Part shown: piece after piece, positions 53,601 through 63,700 of the stretch
Layout of the letters: each line of letters starts with the position of its first letter
Position numbering within the stretch: position 1 is the stretch's first letter
NCBI GenBank assembly: GCA_965285935.1
Contig: OZ260664.1
Location: 66,278,001 to 66,342,000, forward strand
Length of the DNA stretch: 64,000 nt
Direction of reading: 5' to 3'
Origin: Ophelia neglecta
Taxonomy: Eukaryota
Notes under the pieces: model-generated
What the model was told of the DNA's origin: nothing
The model's database searches: none
The model's input: only the letters and a program-made list of their open reading frames with translations
Position numbers and translations under genes: made by a program

Positions 53601-56600
53601 TGTGAAGAGGCAAGTTTACTGATAAAACAAACCACAGTCAGGCTTATCAATTATAGCTGTTAACGACTTATGAAGCATGGTCTGCTCATGCCAAATTATT
53701 TTCTAGCAGTATTTTCCAATGGCCAAACACTGTCATGTGACACAGTCCCTGAAACAGTGGGCCAAATCTATTTATTCCCAGAATCTTATGTGAATGTTCA
53801 TGTCCAAGTTTGCAAAAGATGCTTTATGGCCGACTTTCAAAAATGATAGAGGAAGAAATAGGATAGGAAATCCAGTTCTTCTTCAGTCTGATTCACAAAT
53901 GGTTATGAGCACAGTCTCAATGGGAAGTAACTGCTATAATTTAGAAATATTAGGACAGTCTGCGTTGTAATGATTTTCATTCACAAAGTTACAGTGCAGA
54001 CCCAATACATAATTCAATAGGGTGAGCAGTTTTATCCAGATGTTGGCAAATTCTAATGTCTCAGTAATTATGCAGATGATATTGATGTAAAAAAAGATGA
54101 TGTTGGTGACAAACCTGCAATAAGCTCTCACACAGACCTAATTAACACTCCCCTCTGAATAAGTAGGCAAACTTTTAGATTTCAATTTATATTTGTTGAA
54201 TTATTTAAGAGACATTGGTAAATATAAAATTGATGAAATAATTACTCACAGCAAAGTCACTCATTCCCTTGTATTTCTGAATCCCTAATTCAAACATGTC
54301 TAACACATGAAAGTCGTACAGTCTCCCTACAAACAGTAAGTATAGTAACAATGAGTATTAGTCATGTAGAATTAAACAAAATAGGAATTAGGATGAACTG
54401 TATAAGTCTGTATTTCACAAACACATTCAAGAACAGTAAAAGGCAATTCGAGTTTTAGAAAAGGAAAATAGGGTAAACCTAGACGGACGCTTCAGCTCTG
54501 AAATATTCAGCTGTTTACCTATATGTACTGCTTTTGGCAAAAAAAATAAAAATAAACAAAGTACCTATATGCCATAGGGCATTGTCCATTACAATAAAAA
54601 CAAAACTGGTAGAAAAATTGGTTTCTGTGGGTCTAACAGTTACGACACTTTTGTCCTGTCTTTATAAGTTTATATCAAGAATAAAACTTACCTAGTACTA
54701 AGTTGTTTGGCCGTTTCTTTGAATGCGAGCCAAATAAGAATAATGAAGAATCATTTTTGTTTGCAAAGAACTCCTGAAATTAGAAATTTACCTTTTCAGT
54801 TAAACAGAGTCACAACAAGGATGGGCATATGCTTCAGTTTACAGAAGACCACAGATGACAGCTTATCCATAATTAAATTTTTATTAGTTATTTAAAGTAA
54901 TTGCTTGTTACATACTGAAGGTCATGCCAGTTTCCTGAGACCTGCAGAATATTATACCAGTGCTCAAAATGGCCACTCGCCTGCTCGCAAAATGCGAGGA
55001 AATATTGATTTGGGCGAGTTAATTTCTTATGACAGTCGCCTATGTAGCTGCCTTCGGGCGAGTGCACAATCCACTCGCATTTTCATTCATTCGCCAGAGT
55101 ACAGTTGATGCATTTCAGCAGATTATTCGCCAGCATTGAATACCGCATAATGCCTACTATCCGCATCAACATCAAAACAGGGACCAACCCGTTCTGCGTT
55201 TTCAAAGACGTGCCTTTGCATCCGTATGCCGCTTAGCAAAGCCCGCGTAGCCGAGTTTTGAAGTTGACCGCGGAAGCTGGCAAATAGTTCGATGCATCTC
55301 GTGCGCAAAAACGGCAGCCGCAACGTTCAACAAGTCATGATGGATGGTACGCCAAGTCCTTCTATATCGAAGGAATCGACTCAGGACTGGAGTTTCCTGC
55401 GTCAGCCTGCTAAAAAGCGACCCATCAACACAAAGTCTAGGCATTGTTTTACATTTTTGTTCCTTTTGAAGCGTGTGACGGTTAATGACATGATTTAAAC
55501 ACTCAATTCAATCGTGCCTGAATTGGGGGAAAAATTGCAGACAGTCAGATACTGTAAATTCTTTTTTTTCCCTCTTAGGTTTGAACCACTGTCAGCCATT
55601 CACCTGTGGAACTCTGGGGGGAGCAATAGACCGGACTTCAAGGATGGGGAGACCTCCAGACATGCCCAGCAAAGCTTGGCCACCGCCGCGAATGCAGAGG
55701 CCGAGGTAGCAGAGGCACCTGCTGCTGAACGTGCCGATTCTTTCAGTTCTCTGACTCTGGGGATGATAGTGGTATCGATGGTGACCTCAAGGAGGCTGCC
55801 GTTCAGGACATGATGCTGGGGGGGGGGGTGTCTACCGGTATATGAATAAATTGATTGTTACATGTTCAAACGTTGTTGGCTAGATGTGGGTATGATACAC
55901 ATGTTAGTATCACCTGGCATACTGGGACACATATTTATTGCCTGTGGTGTGAACACTTTTGTTCGGGTTTCTGAAATACTTGTCTCCCAGCAAATATTTT
56001 GCAAAGGGCTGTGTCATTTTGAATGTGATATTCAAATGTACTTGTGTATAAGTAAAATGTGTATATTTAAGCTGGCAGGGTCTAAGCCAGCCTATTGTTC
56101 TGAAAAACTAGTATTCCAGCAATTTTTTGGCAAATGGCTGTGTCATCTTGAATATAACATTACATTTACAGATTTAAATGTACATGTGTATAGTAAAATG
56201 TGTATATTTACTGGTCATAAAAGGCAGGAAACTGGAAGGAAGTTAAGAAAACAGCAACTTCTGTATTGTGACATATATTACAAAGTAGCAGATAAATTGT
56301 ATGGCTTTTGATTCGGTTGGTTACCTAGTCAGACACTGATCAGTACAAAACATGTGAAAGAAGCATATATTATATATTTGTATTTGATATAGCACAGACA
56401 TGATCAACGGTAACTCAGTTTTGGCGCTGTTAAATGTAAATATCAGCTGCAGTAACCCATTGCTAGTCCGCTCAATGTCTTCAGTGCTTATTCATGTATT
56501 TGCCCTTTCATGTTTTTACAACAAGAAACTAAGGTCATCGCGCAATGCAAGATGTTAAACGAATACCTGATTGTATAAATAAAAAGATATGAAATATGTA

Positions 56601-57748
56601 TAATTTCTTGGTTATTTGGGGCGAGTAAAACAAAATCCGGGCTACCACATTTTGGCAGATACTAGCCCGGACTTTTCGTTTGGGAGAGTAAGTGAATTTT
56701 CCGAGTTTCTAGCACTGTTATACTGCCAGTGTTCTGAGATTTGTTGAGAAGTATTCATGCAGCGTTCTACAGCGCTTGTAACTGCTATCCGCCCTAATTG
56801 ATCTATTATTTGTGCATAATGTATACTGAATCTTTTTATCGCTAGATGTCACCACGTAGAAGGCAACATCCACTAAGGTATAATGGTTCCACCTGTACAC
56901 ATATTTCAACATGTTCAAGCAGAGCAACAAATTAGCCTGCAAGGCCGTCAATTAATATTGCGCCACAACACTGAACTGATTGGAATTCAATTGATTTGAC
57001 TAGAGTCACATGCGTCCAATTGAATAAAAACAACTTACAACTGATGTTGCATCGTCAAACGGCCTCATTATGTTCTTTCTATAAATAAGAGAATATGAAT
57101 AGAGGTGCACATAATAATATTTTATACATGTAAAAGCATGCTGCTTTGCAAATTTTCTCTGGCAAAAACTTTGGCCCATAAATGTAATTGAAACCAGAAT
57201 CGATTAAAATATTTTGACTTACTTTTTATACATCACTGCAAGTGGCTTCTTCAATATATACTTGAAAATAAAAAGTTTAAGACAGTAAGGATAATGTGTG
57301 CCTGACGAAAAAACAATGAATGATCTAATTAACTATACTTCTACTAATGGGCACCATCTAGGACATTATCTGATATAATTTCTCGTACAAGACTTGATTT
57401 ATTGGCCACCAGGCAAGTCATCAAATATGCTTCTTTTACTAGATTTTAGGAAAAAGCTAATCCATTTCTAGTCATTAAGTGTCAGTGTGTATGACTGTCT
57501 TGTAAAAATATACAAGGTGTCAAGCTGAACGCATAAAACAATTTAACAAATTTAAAAAGACAACCACCCAGATATATTTATTTATCTTTTTTAATCTTAC
57601 ACAATGTTTGCTTACCAAATCTTTCAAAGCCCTTGTGACAATCTCATTTGTCCTGCCACCTTTCATCAGCATTGCAGTTTTATCATTTTCATGGACAAGG
57701 GGTTCACGTTTTTGCAGCGCCCTCTTTACTCTCTGATTTTTTGGTTTA
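47499..57748 (-). CDS. RPF2: Ribosome production factor 2 homolog (Brix domain), exons 2-10; first coding exon not located
   Basis: Exons 57616-57748, 57223-57260, 57039-57078, 54692-54773, 54250-54326, 49610-49709, 48639-48741, 47923-48067 and 47499-47693 splice in frame (913 nt). The peptide includes KPKNQR...KREP...KGG, [59 protein letters not shown] and GRIHMQKQDLNKLQLRKLKGLK, which are typical RPF2/BXDC1 motifs. Confidence 0.96.
47923..48067 (-). CDS. RPF2: RPF2 exon 9 ([24 protein letters not shown]...PKAAK)
   Basis: Acceptor ttttcaag|, donor AAG|GTGAGA; 145 nt. Confidence 0.95.
48639..48741 (-). CDS. RPF2: RPF2 exon 8 (DFFRGPKATNIRMNGIEHVLNFTAAEGKIYLRSY)
   Basis: Acceptor cattccag|, donor CAG|GTTAGT; 103 nt. 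Confidence 0.95.
49248..49384. repeat. Tandem repeat, 46 bp x 3
   Basis: ATTGGCTGCCTTGATATGATGGAGGGTGATGTTAGG(G/A)TAACAATGG at 49248, 49294 and 49340. Confidence 0.95.
49610..49709 (-). CDS. RPF2: RPF2 exon 7 (GPKVPVGTKPCLTFSGEAF...RLKNHLI)
   Basis: Acceptor gattttag|, donor TAG|GTACAA; 100 nt. Confidence 0.93.
49770..53080 (-). mobile_element. Non-autonomous Helentron/DINE-1-type element (HINE) with internal diverged tandem repeats, in RPF2 intron 6
   Basis: SubTIR TATATCAGCG at 49802 pairs with CGCTGATATA at 53065-53074. There is a hairpin at 53038-53074, a GTCY-like microsatellite remnant next to it, a terminal palindrome CGTACGCGTACG at 49789-49800, and ~617-bp internal units. CpG-rich relative to the host. 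Confidence 0.7.
49980..50667. mobile_element. Probable truncated TTAA-type (Kolobok/Crypton-like) insert nested in the HINE
   Basis: Ends in ...GACCCCTTTAA (TTAAAGGGG terminus on the minus strand), and its composition differs from the flanking HINE. The other end was not found. Confidence 0.3.
53209..53385. mobile_element. Tc1/mariner-pogo-like MITE (177 bp)
   Basis: TIR CAGTGGTCCCTG(T/C)GATGTAGGGCC at both ends, TA on both flanks, internal GATG(A/T)AGGGCC subrepeats. Confidence 0.9.
54250..54326 (-). CDS. RPF2: RPF2 exon 6 ([26 protein letters not shown])
   Basis: Acceptor tttgtag|, donor GCT|GTGAGT; 77 nt. Confidence 0.95.
54692..54773 (-). CDS. RPF2: RPF2 exon 5 ([27 protein letters not shown])
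   Basis: Acceptor atttcag|, donor TAG|GTAAGT; 82 nt. Confidence 0.95.
54958..56717 (+). mobile_element. Internally deleted hAT-like DNA transposon (1760 bp) with 6-bp TSD, in RPF2 intron 4
   Basis: Termini CAGTGCTCAAAA... and ...TTTCTAGCACTG; direct repeat TTATAC at 54952-54957 and 56718-56723; subterminal GGCGAGT/ACTCGC repeats; transposase-like remnant at about 55579-55813. Confidence 0.75.
55579..55813 (+). pseudogene. Remnant terminal exon of a ZNF862/C17orf113-like hAT transposase
   Basis: Strong acceptor ttcttttttttccctcttag| followed by FEPLSAIHLWNSGGSNRPDF. This resembles the F(D/E)P..AI..W....RRP C-terminal motif of this transposase group (recognised from memory, not searched). Confidence 0.5.
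57039..57078 (-). CDS. RPF2: RPF2 exon 4 (KNIMRPFDDATSV)
   Basis: Acceptor atttatag|, donor GTT|GTAAGT; 40 nt. Confidence 0.92.
57223..57260 (-). CDS. RPF2: RPF2 exon 3 (YILKKPLAVMYK)
   Basis: Acceptor ttttcaag|, donor AAA|GTAAGT; 38 nt. Confidence 0.9.
57616..57748 (-). CDS. RPF2: RPF2 exon 2 (KPKNQRVKRALQKREP...ALKDL)
   Basis: Acceptor tcttgtag|, donor TTG|GTAAGC; 133 nt, starts phase 2. Confidence 0.93.
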
Positions 57749-58143
57749 CTACAAGAAATGATGGGATTGGCAAAAAATACTGTTAAGTAATTAGAACATT
57801 GATTTTTTCTTTGAAACAGATAGAGCTCTGAATTATCATATGAGTTTATCATGTAGACCTGCTTTCCTTTAGGTGTTTATATGGTGTTCAAATAAAAAAA
57901 AAATTGATTTGATGGCAAACTTTACCAGAAAGGATTTGCTTCATCCAGGGCTAGTCTGAATCACCCTAGTAATATTGCCCAGATTTCATTAACATTTACC
58001 ATTCTAATTGCATGCCATGCCAGTAACTTAGGGCCATATTAATAATGGGTGCATCAGATGTATCTAAAGTTTGAATCAGAACTAACCAAGCTAACTGAGT
58101 GGATAATTACTGACACGGATGGAAGTAGCAAGGTTTTTGGTTG

Positions 58144-58390
58144 AAATGCATCAGAATTGGTGTTAAAGTTGTTTTGATTTAATTGCTGAGCGCTGGGTGA
58201 GCCCTCACACAGTCTTCTCTGGTGGCTGTGTCATGTGTGCTGTGCATGTGTCATGCCTGCGATCAGGTGTAAACACAGGGAGAACGGGAGAATAGGTAAG
58301 CTTTGTTTTTTGGTACTAAAATGATATCAGGCACACCCAGCGCTCAGCATGTTATTTAAAAACAACTTTAATACCTATCCTGATGCATTT
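58144..58390. mobile_element. Foldback/MITE-like element with ~55-bp imperfect terminal inverted repeats
   Basis: 58144-58199 (AAATGCATCAG...TGCTGAGCGCTGGGTG) is the imperfect reverse complement of 58334-58390. No TSD identified. Confidence 0.7.
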
Positions 58391-59330
58391 TATTTTACAA
58401 GCAAGGCAAATGCCCATATGGTAATGAAAAATCTGTTTCGACATAGAAAGGTTTTTTTCTATCATATAACATGAGCAAATGCTGCACACATGTTGTCTTA
58501 TTAAGGCATGGGCACATTTCATGGCTAATCACATAATGGAGAGTAATAGTATGCTAGGCAATGGGTTGCAGTTGTCAGAAATTGCGGACCAAAGAATCCT
58601 GTGTGGGTGTCAGAAAGCAGAATAAAACTCAGATGCCTTATCGCATATTACTAGCATGACCAAGATCCAATTTTGATCTCAAATAGATGTCGGAGGTCAC
58701 ACAGAGCTTCATTTATTTTCTACTAAGCTATTCTCCTTAGTCTACACGTACCCGGTCAAACTGGGTACGTTTAGGTCGGGGACGTTCTGGACTGGGTACG
58801 TTTTGACTATGAATCCTTGTCAGCCTTTTAATTTATCTTTGGTGGGGGATGGATAGTTTAGCACTTCTCCTTTAAAATGATATGAAACGTCCTTTGATTT
58901 AGCTTTATGTAAAAACAAGGGCTAAGAGCCTCTACATTGGGCGTCGGAAATGTGCTGTGACCGAACTTTGTGTAAGCCCTATACCCCTTAATGTGGCTAC
59001 AAAACAAGTGCCTTTTTTAATCTTTTCGCTTGGCCTTGGTGAAAGTGCTCGGGTGAATGTGCTCGCCTTTCGCCCATCGATGCCGGTGGCCGGTGGCCTA
59101 AAGTCTGTCCAACTCAAATCAAACTCATCCTGTGTCAGAATTATTTAAATAAAGTCTGATAAATGCCCTCCTTTGTTCGTCAGATAACACTATGCTAAAG
59201 TCAAATTGATCATGTAATTTTCGTCAGAGGAAAACTTTAGAGTCCGACGAAGACCCATATTTGTTTTCTTGTGGCATTTAAATTCCCCCCCCGCCATATC
59301 CAAAACCTCGCTTTCCGGCGTACTACACTT

Positions 59331-59405
59331 AGTCCCTGCGATGTAGGGCCACCTGTCCATCCAAGCAAAAGTGGCCCTACATTGCAGGTGGCCCTTCATC
59401 GGAGG
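59331..59405 (-). mobile_element. Partial copy of the 53209-53385 MITE family
   Basis: GTCCCTGCGATGTAGGGCCA...AAAGTGGCCCTACATTGCAGGTGGCCCTTCATCGGAGG is the reverse complement of the right part of the 53209 element. Confidence 0.85.
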
Positions 59406-60156
59406 GACAGGACACCCGACACAATGGCTATGCAGAATTTATTGTGATGAATTTATTAAATTATCTATAATGATAAGCTTATCAGTTGTATGTATTTAGT
59501 GTTATCATACATGGAATTTTGTTTCGTTATTTTTTTTTCAAAAATTATTAAAAAATATATTATGAATTGTTTCTGGACAAACATTTCCATAAAAAAGTTA
59601 ACTGTGTTAATTTCCAGCAGAATAATATGAAATTCTGAATGTAACTTTTCACAAAGTCCTCTTGAAGACATTGTGAAAAGTTACATGCACTCTTCTCAAT
59701 CAGCATGCGGTCACTTGTGGATTACGGTCCAGCGGTCAGACATATTGTTATGTACCCCCTAGCTAGGTGTGAGGTGAAGCAGTATATAAACCCAACCCGG
59801 GTAGTATGGAAATAGACAGTTGACTGATTTTATATATATACTTGTTAAAGTTACCCCCTGAAATGACCCTAAGGAAGCTGCAGGTAGGTTAGTTGGTGAG
59901 AGGAGATTAAGGTAAAGGATTACTCGTGCATTAGCAACCAAAGGAACACAGGCACCAGTTTGAATAGCTAGATTCCGTTAGCATGCAGTGAATAAAGTAA
60001 TAGAGCAGGTAGGCTATAGTAGATTTAAGCGGCGTGCGAGTTTACTAAAGGCTAGCAGAGCTGGTGGTGAGGCAGACAGACACAGAGCAACAATAAATAA
60101 CAGATTTATTACTACTAATACGTCTTAATCCAGGCTACAGAAATATATATGTGCAA

Positions 60157-61615
60157 CAGGGTTGTGGTCTAGTACATTGTAATAAATACTTAGTACTACT
60201 TAATACTTAGTACTTTGTAATAAGTACTAATACTAAATACTTTTTCCCAAAACTGAAAAGTACTAGTATTAATACTAAATACATTTGTAAAGGACTAAGA
60301 ATTCTTAGTACATTTTTATTACTTTGTTAGTACACTAGAGTGAACCAGTTTAACATATTTTACAGTCAATTGCATTTATATCAATTACACTTGAAGCATC
60401 ACACCTACTCCGTTAAGGATTAACATAAGCACATCCTAAAAGTCTTTTCACTCAATGATTATCATATCAAGCATTGTCATTTGACTTGATACTTTCAAAA
60501 TGTCTTCAAATGGCAGCTAAATTTCTCCCACTCCTGATATGATGTTTCTAAAACTCACAAGAGTTGTGCCAAATTTATCACCAACCCAAGTTTATTTAGA
60601 CACTATGTGTGTTTATACTTGATTGTACTTTAATCAGGGGTTAATGCATTATTCACCCCTGCACATGGAGGGACACCACTGTCCAACAAGTGTGCTATTA
60701 GTTATTCCACCTGGCTTCTATGACTGATCACAGGCTGGCCAATTAGCATGTTATTGTTATGACAATTAATAAGTGGGCTAGATCATTCCCATATCAATGT
60801 TCACTTGCTTGACTAGATGAGCCATTGCAGAATTCAGGGAGATAAGGGATACTGACTTTCCCAATCATGGTGTTTACCAGACTGTTTATTCAAGAACATA
60901 CTATTCACAATGCAGTCCTGTAAGCCTTGATAAGTTTGTTTTGTTGGCTATGAGTCTGTTACCCAATCAGTCTAGAAGACTTCGCAATTGCATTAATGAA
61001 TGAGACCCCATTTTCACAGTAGGCCCCCCTAGTCCCCCAAATCTGCGGTTCCATACACATAATGAAATCAATTATGATGAAGTTAAATAAAAAAGTCAAA
61101 AAAGTCAAATTGTGACTTTTTTGTGGTGATTTAAATCATGCCGGCCCTGGTAATGACGCTACTAAACTGAATTGGATCCAGCACATATTCTGATTGGCTT
61201 ATTTCCACTACCTGACAGTGACATTTTAAAACTGCCATCATTTCATATCCAATTTTGGGTATATATATCTGGTGTCACTTGTCAGAAATTAGTTACTCAG
61301 GGAATTTCTGATCCAAATAGTGCCAACAAGAGTTGCCAGCATGTCACAAGTTGTTCTTGGCCACTTTAAAGTGCCTCCAGGATCTGAAGGGAATATTATA
61401 ACTCAAATGTAGACTTGTCGCCTTGTTTATGTCTTGCATCAGCCATGTTGTTTCAAAGTATTAAGTACTAAGTACTAAGTACATTTCAAAAGTACTAGTA
61501 CTTATACTAAATACATTTTAAAATTGGAGTACTAATACTAATACTAATACTAATAAAATGCAAAAGTACTAATACTAATACTAAGTACATTTAAAAGTAC
61601 TAAGCCCCAACCCTG
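60157..61615. mobile_element. Non-autonomous hAT element (1459 bp) with perfect 8-bp TSD
   Basis: Termini CAGGGTTGTGGTCTAGTAC / GTACTAAGCCCCAACCCTG; TSD ATGTGCAA at 60149-60156 and 61616-61623; dense subterminal AGTACT/TACTAA repeats at both ends. Confidence 0.92.
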
Positions 61616-61623
61616 ATGTGCAA

Positions 61624-61985
61624 CTATGTACAGTCCCTAATCCAGGCTAGAAGTATATATATTTATGTACAACCATGTACCGGCTTAATCCAGGCTAGAA
61701 TTATATATTTATATGTACAATTATGTACAGGCTTAATCCAAGCTAGAATTGTATATTTATATGTACAATTATGTACAGGCTTAATCCAGACTAGAATTAT
61801 ATGTACAGCTATGTACAGGCTTAATCCAAGCTAGAATTATATATTTATATGTACAATTATGTACAGGCTTAATCCAGACTAGAATTATATGTACAGCTAT
61901 GTACAGGCTTAATCCAAGCTAGAATTATATATTTATATGTACAATTATGTACAGGCTTAATCCAGACTAGAATTATGTATATATA
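61624..61985. repeat. Minisatellite of 48-bp and 40-bp units (88-bp higher-order repeat)
   Basis: TAATCCA at 61638, 61686, 61734, 61782, 61822, 61870, 61910 and 61958 (spacings 48,48,48,40,48,40,48). A further unit begins at about 60123, before the hAT insertion. Confidence 0.93.
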
Positions 61986-63575
61986 TGTATGGCGCTGAGA
62001 GGAATACAAATTACTATATAAAGTTCAGTTGCACAGGCTAGCGCTAAGTGTTCCGTCGGAACGATGAACACGCGAAAGCCAGAGAGTTAACCAATTTGCA
62101 AAAGTAGTACTAAATACTATTGTCCTAAATGATCAGGACAATCGAAAAGTAGTATGCCTTTATAAAGCACGGAACGTTCCGTTGGAATGACAGATTCCGA
62201 CGGAATGTAGAGCGTTCCGGCGGAATGGGCCGCTACTTAGAATAGGTGAAATTTAGGATTTAAAGGCCGAAATCAGCCGTAGAAAGCTATCGATCTGTTG
62301 GTCAAGACCGGATAAGTAAGTGGAGGAGTCCCTTTAATAGAAAATTGGCCTGGATAAGCAAGGCGCAATAGACTTACAAGGTAGGCCTCGAAGTACCGGA
62401 ATGCCAACTAGCAGACGGGTACCGGTATTTATAGCCTTAGATCATGACGACACAAGGGCATGCCTAGCAACCAGCACGTGAATAGGTCACGCAGCTATTT
62501 TACGACAGTGGCTGCAATGAATACACGATCTAGGCCAATAAATGGCTAGGTATTAATAATAAAGATAATATTACGGAGATAAAAACAGTATTTAGAGTCT
62601 CTAGACAATAGAATTAAATAATTATAAAGCAGCTGAGGAGCGATCTAGCCCAGAAGTGGCTGAGACGCAGACTGTCTTACGACTGTCGTACGAAAGTTCG
62701 CTGGCTTCCACAGCTGTCAAAGTCAGTAAGACATGCGAGTTCCACAGGTGAGATTTCACCAGCTAAGCGCTTTAAATGGTTCACAACAATATCTCCAACT
62801 AAGGGGTTCACAACACCATTCTTAAGTTCAGTCCTTCAGAGTAGCGTAACCCTAGCCAAGATACGTAGCTCTAGGTCCATTTATAATGTCATATTTGGGC
62901 TATGCAGACACTGTGAGACCATAGAGGTCCCAAATAATACGCGAGGAAGGGGCCCAGAGCTACGGATCTTGGCTAGCATGACAAAGCTGTTACAAACAAT
63001 TCGACTGTCAGCCAGTAATCGATCGGGACGATACACATAATTACACGCATGGTGCCCGTGTAATCGCTGCACAACAAACAAACACATTTATTCACCGAGT
63101 CTTTGTTCTTTGTGTGTGATCAAATGTTTACACATCTTTCAAACAACTTGAAGAACCTGTGAGCAACAAGTCGGAGATCGTTAACAATTTAAACATGGCA
63201 GCCTGCCACTTGGCAATGGGATGCGCTGAGTGCCGAGTCACACGGACTACATCCGAGTTACCTCAAAATAAAACATTTTACGAATTTCTTTATATATTAG
63301 TTTCTATTTTCCTTTGCTGTTCATCACAAGTTGCCTTACTGGTAAAATCATTCACTGTTTGAAGGCATTTTACATCGCTCTGCCATCTCACAAGTGTCTA
63401 CAAGCACTATAACTTTCACGACTCGGACCGTGTTGCTGCTATGGAGAACGGTCAAAAATGTACTCGCGTCCTGCCGCGCGCAGATATTTTCAATTCCGAT
63501 CGAAGGCAAGAAAATTCAGTACAAAAATATCAATAAATATGTTGTTTGTCTGCTCGTAGCAGGTGAAAAAATTCA

Positions 63576-63700
63576 CTGGAGGACTGTCCGCGGCCGCTTA
63601 TAGCAGGTGACCGCTCGTTGCAGGGACTGGAGAAACAGTTCGTACATTAAAATAGCAGGTGGCCGTTCATGCCGGGGACCGCACATTGCAGGGACTACTT
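63576..63700. mobile_element. Diverged relative of the pogo-like MITE family
   Basis: Repeated GCAGGTG(A/G)CCG motifs and an end CATTGCAGGGACTACT similar to the CATCGCAGGGACCACTG terminus at 53369-53385. Confidence 0.4.

Larger units (their letters stand above)
59746..62788 (-). mobile_element. Probable solo LTR (Gypsy-like), about 1.6 kb net of the nested hAT
   Basis: TGTTATGTACC...GGTTCACAACA (TG...CA imperfect inverted ends) with a 4-bp ATAT on both flanks. On the minus strand there is a TATA-like TTTATAAA near 62160 and an AATAAA at 60105-60110. An alternative right end at 62815 is possible. Confidence 0.55.

Noticed and set aside
47700-57600. Intronic C/D-box snoRNAs, which ribosome-biogenesis genes often host
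   Set aside because: I found no properly spaced RTGATGA...CTGA pair with a terminal stem on the sense strand by eye. H/ACA RNAs cannot be excluded without an Infernal/Rfam search.
59230-59300. RPF2 exon 1 (ATG GGT CTT CGT CGG ACT CTA AA|GTTTTC)
   Set aside because: The phase is correct, but the donor is very weak and the peptide does not resemble the RPF2 N-terminus.
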